Assembly: GCA_030295235.1 (NCBI GenBank)
Contig: AP026131.1
Coordinates: 558,001-622,000, forward strand
Direction: 5' to 3'
Source of the DNA: Fistulifera solaris
Taxonomy: Eukaryota
DNA length: 64,000 bases
The position numbers were made by a program, and so were the translations under genes. This document shows, in pieces, positions 21,315 to 33,277 of the stretch. Under the pieces are notes generated by a model. The model was not told the origin of the DNA. It searched no databases and was given only the letters and a program-made list of their open reading frames with translations. Numbering within the stretch: position 1 is the stretch's first letter; each line of letters begins with the position of its first letter.

Positions 21315-21960
21315 GAAAATCTCTCCGAGACGCTGTAATTAGTTTTTCACGTCTCCTGAAAATCTGGGAGAGTGGTATTTTGACGTGTCCCGAAGATCTG
21401 GGCGTTTGGTAATTTGACGTCTCCAGAAAATCAGCGTGTGCGGTATTTTGACGTCTACCGAAAATCTGGGTGAATGGTATTTTGACGTGTCCCGAAAATC
21501 TGGGTGGGTGGTATTTTGACGTGTCCCGAAAATCTGGGTTAGCGGTATTTTGACGTCTCCCGAAAATCTGGGCTTGCGGTATTTTGACATCTCCCGAAAA
21601 TCTGGGCGTGTGGTATTTTAACGTGTCCCGAAAATCTCTCCGAGACGCGGTAATTATTTTTTCACGTGTCCTGAAAATCTGGGAGAGTGGTATTTTGAGG
21701 TGTCCCGAAGATCTGGGAGTGCGGTGTTTTGACGTCTCCAGAAAATCAGCGTGAGCGGTATTTTGACGTGTCCCGAAAATCTGGGAGTGTGGTAATTTGA
21801 CGTCTCCCGAAAATCTGGGGGTGCGGTATTTTGACATATCCCGAAAATCTGGGAGTGCGGTATTTTGACATATCCCGAAAATCTGGGGGTGGTGTAATTT
21901 GACGTCTCCCGAAAATCTGGGAGTGAGGTTTTTCACGTGTCCCGAAAATCTGGGAGAGTC
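21315..21960. repeat. 34-bp minisatellite, ~19 units, with a 315-bp higher-order repeat
   Basis: Consensus GAAAATCTGGGnnnnnGGTATTTTGACGTSTCCC. Units start at 21358, 21392, 21426, 21460 and so on; a 43-bp variant unit sits at 21315 and 21630. Confidence 0.95.
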
Positions 21961-22079
21961 ACACAGAAAAGATTATCTTCTGCGCTGCGCTGCCCGCAAA
22001 AATCTTTCCTCGCATTATACCCCTGCAGATACAGCTTTTAATTTTCTTCAACACAGTCATCCAAGAAGGCGCCACGACC

Positions 22080-23047
22080 ATGAACGAATTCGACAAGGAA
22101 CAGGAAGCAGCCCTCGATAAGGCACTCACGAATTTGCCGAAAATACTGGCCAAGCGTCTCAAGCTATTGGAGCAGCGCGAAGAAGAACTTCAAAAGTCGT
22201 TTGATCGATTGGAAAAGGAGAAAAAGAGTCTCGGCTGTGGTAATGCCAGCGATGTGATTCACTTGAACGTGGGGGGTACATTGGTAGCGACTTTGCGTCG
22301 AACTTTGACGTATGTAGAAGATTCAATGCTGGCGGCTCGATTTTCGGGACGCTGGGACGAAAAGCATCGAAAAAGATAAAGACGGAAACTTTTTCGTCGA
22401 TCAACGAGTCGAGATGTTTCTTCCCATGATCGACTATATTCGCAATAAGCAAAACGAGACTCCTTCCACTTATGCTCCGCAGTCTCCAGGATTGAGTGAT
22501 TTCGCTAACAATCAGAAAGATTATGGTGATTTTAAGCGGATGGTCGAGTATTTCGGCATGACTTTAGGAATCTATCCGGTTGAGTTGATAGATTACACTA
22601 CAGCTGATAAGAAGCGCATTGGGGAGACCGGTTCATCCTCCTTGCTTTTACGTTGCGTTCAGTGAGTGGGGCATTTGTGGCTTTCTTCCGAAAGGACATA
22701 CCAGGAAGATTAAGGGGTTCGAGGTCAAAATCGGTGACGCTACAAATTTACAAATCGGCTGGGTCAAAGGGCCCGTTGTTACCAAGACTGACGTTACCAG
22801 TCATTCCTCTTCGGTAGTTGTGGATGTCGCGAGAGCTGGTATTAGTTGCAACGGTACTTTTGAGTCGATCAGTAACAGTCTCCAAAGCGGAACTTTTGTG
22901 AAATGCAAGAATTATGGAAAGGAATGGTTCATTGACGGAGAAAAGCTTGTGGGAAACTGGAACAATACGTGGGAAACCGAAGGTGTCGTACCCGCCATGT
23001 CCGGTAAAGGAGAGTGGACGATCACTGCGGTGGAATTGGGACCTTAA
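22080..23047 (+). CDS. Coiled-coil + BTB/POZ (KCTD-type) protein with a possible SPRY-like C-terminus; frameshifts near 22365 and 22620
   Basis: DVIHLNVGG..TLRRTLTYVEDSMLAARFSGRW; F..MIDYIR; YFGM; C-terminal IGW...PAMSGKG. Confidence 0.82.
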
Positions 23048-23551
23048 GGTATGCAGATTATTGGGTATGGCGCCGATCGAACAACACCAAGTGATGCAAT
23101 ATCTCAGTAACGCACCTTTTCTTATCTACAACTTACGTAATTTACCCTGACCGCAGCTATTCTATTTGCGCTACCTGGTATAGATCACCACGATCTTTAA
23201 CTTCCGTTGAGGCTTATTGGGAGCAGCTCGTGCAACTAGGTAGGATTTTCTTAGACCGATGCGCTGACTTTTAAAAGGGATAGAGCTTTGACTAGGGGGC
23301 TAGACGATGCTTCTTTCTGTCTCTCAATCAAGATCAACATCTCTTGAGCTCGCGACTCGCGAGTCACAAGGATATTCAGATGCAAAGCGCGAAGCGTGAC
23401 TGGACCGTGACGTCTGCGTTGACAATTTTTTCGCGGGTTCGCGTTTTGTTATGTTCTTTTTCTCGTCGCACAAATAATAGTCTAATGTTCTCTTCGTTCG
23501 CAAAAATTGAAGTCGCCCGGTGTCGAATCGCTGCACTCAAACATCAGATTA

Positions 23552-24115
23552 ATGAACCATACAAAACAAATCATGACATCGCATTATCTTTTTCCTAATA
23601 TGAAGTATCAACCGGATGGGCTGGACGCAGTTCCTCATTCTCCTGCTCGGCACTCCAAAATAACATGGCATTCGATACCGCCACAAACTGAATGTTGTCA
23701 GGAACATCCAAATACAAATATGGCACACGGCCGTGTGCTTCCGAGGCAAGAAGAGCATTTTCGGCGGCCTACGTTCCTAGCTGATAACAAAGACAGATTG
23801 TTCAATGATTCGATATCCGATACCATTCAACACAAGTTCGTTCAAAAAGTGACACGACCTGAAGAATGGGATAGCAGAACTATGACGACATCAACCACCA
23901 TAACGACGTATGACTCCAGTGCACCATCATCTCTTAACTCCTGGTATGAGCGGACTCCCTTCGTACCCAAACAGAAGGAGGAATGGTACGGAGAACCGCT
24001 CGTACGCGTGCAATACAGATTCAGTGACGAGCTGCAGCAACTAAGGCACGAGAACGATATCTTAAGGTGGCAGTGCCAAGCACTTCAACAGCGAATGAAA
24101 AACAAATCTGTCTAG
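23552..24115 (+). CDS. Hypothetical protein with C-terminal coiled coil (start uncertain)
   Basis: Open frame of ~190 aa ending ELQQLRHENDILRWQCQALQQRM. Confidence 0.5.
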   Translation: MNHTKQIMTSHYLFPNMKYQPDGLDAVPHSPARHSKITWHSIPPQTECCQEHPNTNMAHGRVLPRQEEHFRRPTFLADNKDRLFNDSISDTIQHKFVQKVTRPEEWDSRTMTTSTTITTYDSSAPSSLNSWYERTPFVPKQKEEWYGEPLVRVQYRFSDELQQLRHENDILRWQCQALQQRMKNKSV

Positions 24116-24614
24116 TTTGTATAGACGATCGTTTACATAGTTTTCACATGCTCCTTACTCCTATATCGTATGATTGTAAATATGATGCGACTACGTTGGC
24201 TTTCAACGTCCAAAATGGTTGTTGATTTCTTCCATGTTACAGCGTAACTAAATGTGAATGTAGGGAATAAAGGGAGATATGTCTAGATTTGAGCAGCTTC
24301 TCAGGGCGTAGCCGTATTTTCTCTAGAGGATAGAGGCTTGGTGATCTTCGTTTTCACTTTAGCACACGTCACAGCTCACAGCATGACGTCACTTGTAAGT
24401 GCCGTCTGTACTGCGGTGCGATATCGTTCCGCAACCAAGCAAAAAATATAATGAGAAGAAAAAAATATTATTGCACCGCACTTTCTTGCACACACACCGA
24501 TAATTCTGTCTATTCCTTTGATTATTGCTGCCATTCATCATCGTACATGGAAGAGAAAATCATCAAGAAACACTTCAAAAAGAGCATCCTGTCATATCAA
24601 ATTTCCCTTCAATC

Positions 24615-25447
24615 ATGACGAAAAAACGAGAAAGGACCTCTATTTTCGATGCGGTCCAAAGCATGGAAAAACAAGACGCGCAGGCGGCGCAACAGCGTCG
24701 GAAAACGACAGCCCGAGAACAAGTCAATAGCCAGGCAGCACTCTCGCAAACGAAAATCTTTCAGAGCCTAGTCGAATGTCGAATTCTACTGCAACGTAGC
24801 ATACAAAGCAAAAATCAGCAAGACGAATCAATCGACGAAGAACAATGCAATCAGCTACTGGTCGAGCTTTTGCGGGCGCGGCAGGTTTTATGTAGTACTG
24901 ATTCGGAAAAGAACTATGAAGAAATTGTTTCAAATCCAGAACAATTGTCACAAGTGTTGCAGTCCGAATACGAATCGCAACGAGATGAATGGAAGGAGGT
25001 GTTGGATCGCAGACATCAGAGCATTCGGTTACAATCGGGTGGCAGCAGCGGAACAAAATTTCTCGGCAAGCACAGTAGCGCCGTCGATGCATCTTTTGGC
25101 AGCAAGTCGAATCCGTTGTGCAACATGAAAAGCTACGTCGGCAACATCAAACCAGTCCTCAATCATTTGATGACGCAAAAGTGTATCAGCAACTCTTGAA
25201 AGATTTTGTGAGTCAGCATGCTTCTCAACACGATCAAACGACCGCTCAAGAACGGTTACGACCAAAACACCCGTCGACGAAAAAGAATGTGGATCGAAGG
25301 GCAAGCAAGGGACGAAAAGTGCGTTACGTGGTTCATTCGAGGTTGACGAACTTCACGTTTCCGCAAAATCGAACTACACAGACTATGCTGGACGCGGACG
25401 AGTGGTTTAAGAGTTTGTTTGGGGGCGTCGGAAATCGTGCCAGTTAA
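24615..25447 (+). CDS. AATF: AATF/Bfr2 small-subunit ribosome biogenesis factor; frameshift near 25095
   Basis: LVECRILLQ (AATF N-domain); FDDAKVYQQLLKDF and VDRRASKGRKVRYVVHSRLTNF (TRAUB domain); FKSLFG end. Confidence 0.9.
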
Positions 25448-25673
25448 ATAGAAAATGGTATTTATATTCATTTGGCAATTATGTTAAGTAGTTGGAAACT
25501 TCACGTAAGATCCCGAACGAAACATTCAAAGGAGAGCGTTCCACAAGTGTACAAAAGACTAACAACGAAGGGAATCGACTGCGGATTCCCAAACCTCCTG
25601 GGTAGACTTTACAATTATGAGGTTGAGATGTCATAAAAAATAACTCAGTCCGGGGAAAAGGACATAGTACCAC

Positions 25674-26715
25674 TCAAGTGTTTGACTTACTTTGAGCTAA
25701 CTGACATGCTAAATCGTGACAATCAATCGCAATCGCAATATCCAGAGGTAAACGACCCTCAAAATCACATTCGCGTGCGGCGGTCGGATTTAACTCGAGT
25801 ACCTTCTTTGCCAAAGTGACTAGCTCTTCAGTGTCGTCGTCATCGTCGCTATCATCCTTGACGCTGGGAGAAGTTAAGCATATCCGCCGCGTCGATTCCA
25901 TCGCAGCTAAAATGATGTGAAACGGTAAACGACCGATGGGATCAACATAAAAAGTCTCGTGCGAAAACTCTTGCAAGGCTTTCTGCAGTAACGAAAAGGG
26001 CATGCATGTCGGCCTTTGCAGGTACAACTGCAAGCACGCGTGTAATGTCGGAGTTTTGGGATGACATTCAACCACTTTAGTGGCTATCAAGCGCACGCAT
26101 TCCCAGCTAGCCTCAATTCTTGTTGTATTTTCTTCTCTGTGATAGCGCCGCCTTTCTTCTTGTCCCAGAATTGATTGCATCAGAACTTCCATGGGCGTTA
26201 AATCCGTGTCGGGGTCACGATAGACTTGAATAAGTGATAAGGGTAAAGCGTCAAGTATCCATCGAATTACTGCAGTGTCGGGCGTGGGACGATCGACTGC
26301 CATATACAAGTGTTGCGGCTCAATTCCATCCGGTGACACTTCGTTTACTGAAACGTCGCCACGAATACAAGCAAGAATCAAATCGCTCTGTAAATCGCTT
26401 GTGGCATCCGCCTCATCCGTACGTACCTCTCCATCTAAATAAAACATAGAGTTTTACTAGAATGGCCAAAGTTCAGTGTTGCATAGATTCCAATAAAGAA
26501 AATAAAGAAACGATGATATTGATCATGCCCGTAGCCGCTGCGACATCCGGTAGTGACGCGCCTAAGGCAATCCTACAAATCCTCGAATCCAGGACTTCAT
26601 TTCCTTCGCTTCCTTTAGAATCCGGCAATACAATACCCATTAAATCGTAGAACCCTTTTGTTGCAGACTTTGACTTCCTAGATATCAACAGTTCTACGAT
26701 TTCCCGTTCTTTCAT
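25674..26715 (-). CDS. Hypothetical ankyrin-like helical repeat protein, split near 26450-26475
   Basis: Consecutive ORFs 26473-26718 and 25674-26447 with ankyrin-like motifs PTLHACL, GRLPFHII, AARECDFEGRLPLDIAI. Confidence 0.6.
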
Positions 26716-26819
26716 CACGTTCAGTGTCTTCCCGGTCAGCCAGCGTCGCTATCACCGTTGCCAACGTCGCATTCTCTTATCCCGCACATATGATTGTTTC
26801 GACGTACAGCTAACACACA

Positions 26820-27140
26820 GTTTCCAGAATGTCTGAAACGTCCACAGCATTTCGGTCCACAATTTCTGGACCACAACAGAATTTCTGTAAGACCAGGAAA
26901 CCTTTTCCAGAATTTCTGGAATTTGCATTTTCTTTTGTTTTCGATTAAAACACAGCTCCCAGAATTTCTGGAACACGCACTTTCCTTCGTGATGATCTAT
27001 ATAACACCGTGTCCAGAAGTTCTGGAACGCCCACAGCATTTCGGTAAGATCGAAATGACTGGTCCAGATTTTCTGGACCACAACAGAATTTCTGTAGGAC
27101 CAGGAAACCTTTTCCAGAATTTCTGGAATTTGCACTTTCT
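26820..27140. repeat. Array of ~9 palindromic CCAGAATTTCTGG-like elements within an imperfect ~200-bp direct duplication
   Basis: Palindromes near 26822, 26856, 26877, 26905, 26958, 27012, 27061, 27084 and 27112. Block 26842-26932 recurs at 27031-27139 with an 18-bp insertion. Confidence 0.9.
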
Positions 27141-27538
27141 GTCGACAGTAGAAAAGACTAATTTACTCATCGGAACGTCAAAAGGATAACAATCGACATG
27201 TTTTTTTTTTTTTAAAGGCTGCGATCATTGTTGCTATACTGCTTATGCGAGAAACCTACAGAAGCAGAACTAGACGGTTGATTATCGTGTCTGACTTGTG
27301 ATTGAAGTATTTTCTCTATGCGCCTCATCAGAACGAGCACTGCACTTCGTGTGTGAGCGCTGCAATGCGCGGCAGTGCTGCGGGGAACGGACTCAGAAAC
27401 AATTGTGTTTATATTGACTACGATACTTTGTTGCAACATTTGCAAATGGTTTCTATTGTTCGGTGAACTCTTATTTGCGATGCAACGGTTATTTGCGACA
27501 GAGATGCCATAATAGATTCGAGTTAGGAGGTTAAGAAG

Positions 27539-29545
27539 CTAAGCTTCCATGGATTCGGCATGAAAATCAAAGCAGACTGCTTCGTCGGAATATACAATGC
27601 AAGCTTTTCGACAAAGTGCCGACAGTTTTTTCGGAGCACAAACGCAAACAGCCACACGATGTTCTCCTTTCTCTTTGGCTTCTTTCTTCATTTCAAGAAA
27701 GATTTTTTTGATATCGGGTCGTCCTCGACGAGCATAAGGAATATGAAATTCGCTTTCGGCCCCTGTATGGTACAACTGCATTTCCAGAATTTCCCCCAAG
27801 CTCTTATTGCATTCCGGGTCTCGGTCCCAAGGAGCGTTATTATCGGCGACCGATGTATCATCTGCCATGGCATCAAGATCATCGCCGCTTTCTTCGAATG
27901 TCATATTGCTGTTGTGTAAACGATCGGCGTCTTGGTCCATGAGTTCACTCAAACTCTCGTAAAAGCGGTCAAGATCATCATCTGTAGACGTTCCAGGTGG
28001 TAAAAGGCTCACGAGCTGTGAAAAGATGTGAGCCGAGTTTCGTTCGTAAGCGGATGTTTCACTTTCTGCATCCGCCCATTCATCGTCCCCCAAAGACTCC
28101 AAATCGACGGAACTCATGCGTCGGACGACCGGAGCTTCGGTCATCATTACTGGGTCTCGGTCCGTCCACACAAATTTGATCCTTTTCATGTTGCGACGTT
28201 TTCGGGCTTCTTCGAAGAGAAGTTGGTCGCAAATGGACTGCATAGGAGTGACTGTCAATAATATGAATAGAATTTGCGTTTCAGTCAGGGTATTACTCAG
28301 AGAAGCTTTTAAGACACGACGCAACAATAAGCTACTTACTTCCGATTCCGCCGCTGAATAGGATCACCATTTTGTATCTGTCTCCGAAGACATCAACACC
28401 TAGATTCCCGTACGGTCCTTCGATAAGAATGTCAACCTCCTTGCCCTGTTCTGCAAGCTTATACAGTGATGATGTCCAGTTGCCCGATCGACGAATGTGC
28501 AACGTAACATTCTTCATCTTGGGTGCGGAACTGATGGAGAACGGATGCCATTCGAGATACGAAAGTTCCGGAAGACACAGATAAATGTACTGTCCGGGAT
28601 TGTAATCGAAGCCTTCCACTTTTGGAAAACTCAGCTCGATAACTGTAGCACTGAGAGTCCGGATCTTGGCTTTGGTGGGGTAGCGGTGTCTAGCCATGAC
28701 AATCGATCGGAAGAAAAGATCAACTCCCCACGTACACGCCACGAGCAGTGGGATAAGAATGCCGGTATGAAAAATGCGCCCATCGCGATACCGCTTGCAC
28801 AAATGATGTGCATGTAGTAAAACAACTCGAATACTCGGCGACGGACAAGGGGGAGCGACGACATGATGATGAGGAAAAGAATGAGCGCCATGACGGATCC
28901 AGCAGTATTGACGGATCCCACGAATGAGGATGCTAGCTTTGCTCGAATCGTCGCATTGCTTGCCTGATAGCGAGGGTCGATGTAGAAGGCCCACGCATGT
29001 CCGATCGTACCAATCAGCGCGATCCGACCGCTAAGCTTATGGTAGTAAAGCGTCCGGTCAATTGGCATTCCGACCAGCGCAGTAATCAAGGAGTTTCTCT
29101 GAGCAAACGCAAAACACCCAATGAGAGCGGTTCGAGCAACATGACCGGTATAGATCACACTCGGGAACACGAACGTGTAAATGATCGCACTTGCTAAAGC
29201 TGTCCAAAACGGTAAAAGAAGGATAGCCTCTCCCCACGTCAAGTGGACGCCGAGTTTTCGTAAAGCGCGACTGCAGGGTAGCTTTTGTTGCAAGGGGTAC
29301 GACGCTCGCCAGCGATAGACATACCATTGCTTGCTGACTTCCATGAGCCGTGGAAATCGTTTCAAGAGAAAGTAAAGGGGTGGATACTCCAATGCCTGGT
29401 GCGGTCGATTCGGAAGAAGCGTTGGCGGTGCCACTTTTTGTGGTTTGTCTACACGCACGGGAGACGCCATCAAGTCACTCAAAGAGAGTTCCTTGTCATG
29501 GGGCCCTCCTTCAACGACAGTTCGAGAAAGATCACTTTCTTGCAT
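27539..29545 (-). CDS. Ferric reductase / NADPH oxidase (RBOH-like) flavocytochrome; intron 28252-28339; frameshift near 28770
   Basis: Heme histidines in YHKLSGR..GHAW and FELFYYMHI; PGQYIYL; EWHPFSISSAP; IEGPYG; GGIG|ITP; VAVCVCAP; FHAES. Confidence 0.9.
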
Positions 29546-30477
29546 TTCGTTTTCGGAAGTAGTGCTCGTCGCTTTCGTGCCACTATCACGTAACTTTGCC
29601 CTGCTTTCAATGTAAGAGAAAAACGCAAACGAGGATTGTCTTACTTGAGGAGGGACGCTGAAGGCAAACGGCATGCTTTCTGTGACAATTTGAATTTGAA
29701 TTTGTGGAAATATGCGTGCCAAATTTCCTCCGCCTATCGATATGTTTTTGTCGACTTTGTGAGGTTTGTGGTGCACGATCCGAACAACCAACACTTTCCC
29801 GTGCTTACTTTCTTGGAACCGAACGTTCTCCGCCGAACTCGAGACAAGTTGTTCTTTCGGACCAGGGAACATTTTTTGGAGTATACCCGGCAAACAAATC
29901 GCTACAATAAAGCCATTTTGAAAAAATAATGGTTCGCGTAGGGCACATGTAGGTGCTTGAGCGGGCGTAAGCTTAGTTTTTCGCGTTCTCGAGATTTCTG
30001 TCATTTGAAATTTGAAAACATGTATGTATAATATTGGGGCTCTTCAATATTGGCGGCGCTATGTCCCACGGCCTTGATAAGCCAGCAATTGACGATGTTG
30101 CATTGTGTTCGCAATTCAAGCCGACTCTGTGACCCTTCACAACTTGCCATCGGCAACTCTCGTTTCGGTTTTCTGTTGGAGGATGCTTGCGATCGGCATG
30201 TTGATGTTGATTTACGGGTTCTCACAAAAATGGCGGTCCGAGGTGGAGCTTTTCACTCGGAGTCTGCCCTACCGGTACTCAATTTTGCTTGTCTTCCTTT
30301 TCCGTTGCGCTCGTTTCTTAGTTAAATCTGAGTAGCGTTAAGACATCGGCAGACTGCAATGAGTGAAACGTGAAACAGAAACAAGCATTCGTGGTTCGTG
30401 GGCGCACCTTTCCTTTTGTCCTCGACCATTGACGATGAATGAGAAGTTCATAACCGTCACACGATACGCTGCTAACA

Positions 30478-32974
30478 ATGACAAGGGATTATCCCTCGCT
30501 GCACATCTTTCTCCTACTTTTAGTCTGTTTCAATAGTTTGACAGTATTTGGAATTAGTGGCGATAGCAAGATGTCCGCTTCTTGGGGGAAAGGTTTATCA
30601 CAAAATGATTTGATGGAGAAAGACACTGTCTTGGTCGTAGACAATGACGACAATGTTATTGGGTCGGCTTCGAAAAAGAGTCTCACGTGTTCAGCAAGGA
30701 GCAGCCTCATGGCATCCTGCATCGAGCGTTTTCGATTTTCATCTTTGATGAGTCAGATGGCCGTCTCCTTTTGCATCAACGATCGGCGGACAAAATTACT
30801 TTTCCTAATGTACGAATTTGTCTCTCATGATTCCTGCATCATGCTACAAATGAATTGCACGCTAACGTTTGACTCTTTCTTTTTAAGGTATGGACAAATA
30901 CGTGCTGTTCGCATCCTTTGCATGGAATGACGCCGAATGAAGTCGATTCACCTTCTGACGTTAAAGATGGATCCGTTATGGGTATCAAACACGCTGCCGT
31001 CCGTAAATTGGTGCAAGAATTAGGGATCGACGCGAAAGACTTTATTCCGCAGATGAAATTTTTGACACGCCTCCACTATTGGGCCGCCGACACGATCACA
31101 CACGGGCCATCGTCCCCTTGGGGGGAGCACGAGGTTGACTACGTCCTTTTCTTGGTGGTTCCGAGCAAAGACGCCATTACCATTCGTCCTAATCCAGAAG
31201 AGATTCAAGCAGTTAAATGGGTCAGCGCTGATGAACTAGAAGGAATGTTGAAAGATAAAACGTGCTTGTTCAGTCCTTGGTTTCGTATCATTTACGAGAG
31301 ATTTATGAAGAATGCGTGGTGGAAAGATCTCAAAACAACCATGTCCACCGATAAATACGTTGATGTTGACACGATTCATCAATTTGATCCGCCAAGCGAA
31401 CACTTGGGTGGTGGAGGCATGGCGAGGCCCTTATTCGCCGCATTTGATGCAAGGTACGTTCATTGCTTGTTGCTTTTTTAAGCTCAATCGCTCGAGGAAA
31501 TCTCACAGGAAAATGGATTTCTAGTAAAAAACAGGGCGCTTACGGGAAAATCAAAACACATTCCGAATCCAAACTGAGTCAGTTAATGCGTCTAGACGAA
31601 GTGTTCGCTGCTGTTACTCTTCTTTATGTCTCTCCTTTGAAATCAAATCTTGGTGGCGAGTTTATTAAGAACACTTTCAACTCTGACGACTTGGCATTCT
31701 GTGATGAAATACTCGTGAAAGTCTCTCGGTCCTTTGCCGCCGTCATTCGACAGCTTCCCGAAGTCATGCTGGTGGACGTTTTAGTTTTCTATCTCATTCT
31801 GCGTGCCTTGGATACTATTGAAGATGACACGTCCGCATTCGATAGTCACGCAACAAAAGTAAGAATTCTCAAAGAGTTTTACAAGGCCTTGGATGATCCT
31901 AATTGGACCATGACTGGTGTCGGAGAAGGTGATGAGAGAAGATTACTCGAAGAGTTTCCGAAATGCCAGCGAATCTTTCAACAGCTGCAACCGGAGGCTC
32001 GCGATGTCATAAAAGATATCACCAAACGCATGGCTGACGGTATGGCAGATTTTGTTGCCAAAGACATGGGCCAAGGCACGGAGGACATGGAGCAGTACAA
32101 CCTATACTGCCATTACGTCGCTGGACTTGTAGGAGAAGGTCTCAGCAGGCTTTTCTCGGCATCGGGCCTCGAACACAAGAGTTTCGGCGAAGAGAAGCAT
32201 CTTTCCAATCAAATGGGACTTTTCTTGCAGAAGACGAACATTATCCGCGACTACCTCGAGGACTACGTAGATAAGAGGGCTTGGTGGCCGCAGACGGTGT
32301 GGAAGAAATACTCAGCAAGTGGTGACCTGGGATACTTTGCGAATCAAGCTGACGGTGAGGCGAGAAAGAAGGCACTCATGTGTCTGAACGAACTCGTTAC
32401 GGATGCATTAGAGCTTGTTCCCGACTGTCTGGCTTACTTGTCGAAATTAGAATGCGCCGAAATCTTCCGGTTTTGTGCCATTCCCCAGGTAATGGCGATC
32501 GCTACGCTAGACAAGTGCTTTGCTAATCCAGACGTTTTTACGGGCGTCGTCAAAATCCGAAAGGGTCTATCTTGCCGTCTCATTCTACAAACCAACACCA
32601 TTGCGGAGGTTCATAGCATTTTCAGTAGATTCGCTCGATCGGTACGAAGTAAAGCGCTGACGCAGCAACATCTCGGAGCAAACGACCCAAGTTTTGAACG
32701 AACAATTGCTAGTTGCGACAAAATCACTGCTCTAACAAAGGATGCTGCTAGTCTACAAGCGCAGCGACAGATGATCAGATTGTCCTCCACTGTCGCTCTT
32801 TTGGGGGCGTCGTTACTAGTGAAAGGCTCAGCGGGGCTTTTCGGCAAGAACAGGAGTATGGTGAGCACGGGACTTGCTTTGGCTGGAGGTATTTTATATT
32901 GGTATGGCCCGTGGACTGTAAACAGCAACCTCTTGAGTGCTCACGTATTAAAGGCAAGAAAGCAGCTTGGCTAA
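30478..32974 (+). CDS. IDI-SQS: Isopentenyl-diphosphate isomerase-squalene synthase fusion; introns 30810-30887 and 31454-31524; frameshift at the A run near 30675
   Basis: IDI motifs LHRAFS, KITFPN|VWTNTCCSHP, WGEHEVDY, SPWF. Splicing gives in-frame FDAS|KKQGAYGK into SQS motifs VSRSFA, LRALDTIEDD, YCHYVAGLVG, MGLFLQKTNIIRDYLED, FCAIPQVMAIATL. Confidence 0.95.
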
Positions 32975-33277
32975 TTAGATATTTGTCAAAAGTAAACTTA
33001 TTTTTATGTTGTTCATAACTGAGTGTGGACTTGCGAGTCGTGTTGATGACATCAGCCTCCTCGTTCGCTTTTCTTGGTAAAGTGCTGGTACAATTTTCGC
33101 GTAGCGAATGTACGCGGCGTCACGGGTCACGGCAAACCTCGTCCGCTCGCGCCAAGGAGGCGCGTTGTTGACACCAAACACACCACGCGTTTTCTTCTCC
33201 AATTATGAAAGCCGAAAATGGTAGAAGGCATTGTCTTCGGAGCTCGGTGAACGCTAAAACATCACTCGGCACGCAAA

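Noticed and set aside
21241..21936. 231-aa repetitive ORF on the minus strand
   Set aside because: By-product of the 34-bp repeat (period not a multiple of 3), with a non-ATG start.
21315..21960. CRISPR array
   Set aside because: The variable part is only ~5 nt, units are head-to-tail and degenerate, there are no cas genes, and the context is eukaryotic.
26752..27189. ORFs on both strands over the palindrome array, and a CRISPR-like reading of it
   Set aside because: The translations only mirror the DNA duplication. Spacers are irregular and themselves duplicated.
27201..27212. Poly-T run as a retroposon tail
   Set aside because: No target-site duplication or recognisable element body seen.
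29546..30004. N-terminal extension of the ferric reductase ORF
   Set aside because: Reads as non-coding upstream sequence. The ATG at 29545 (MQESDLS) is a more plausible start, though unproven.
30670..30680. Programmed ribosomal frameshifting in IDI and other genes
   Set aside because: Shifts recur in unrelated genes at homopolymers with no common slippery or stimulatory signal; sequencing error is simpler.
14391..32974. Biosynthetic gene cluster (methyltransferases, oxidoreductase, IDI-SQS)
   Set aside because: The genes are interspersed with unrelated housekeeping genes and form no coherent pathway.
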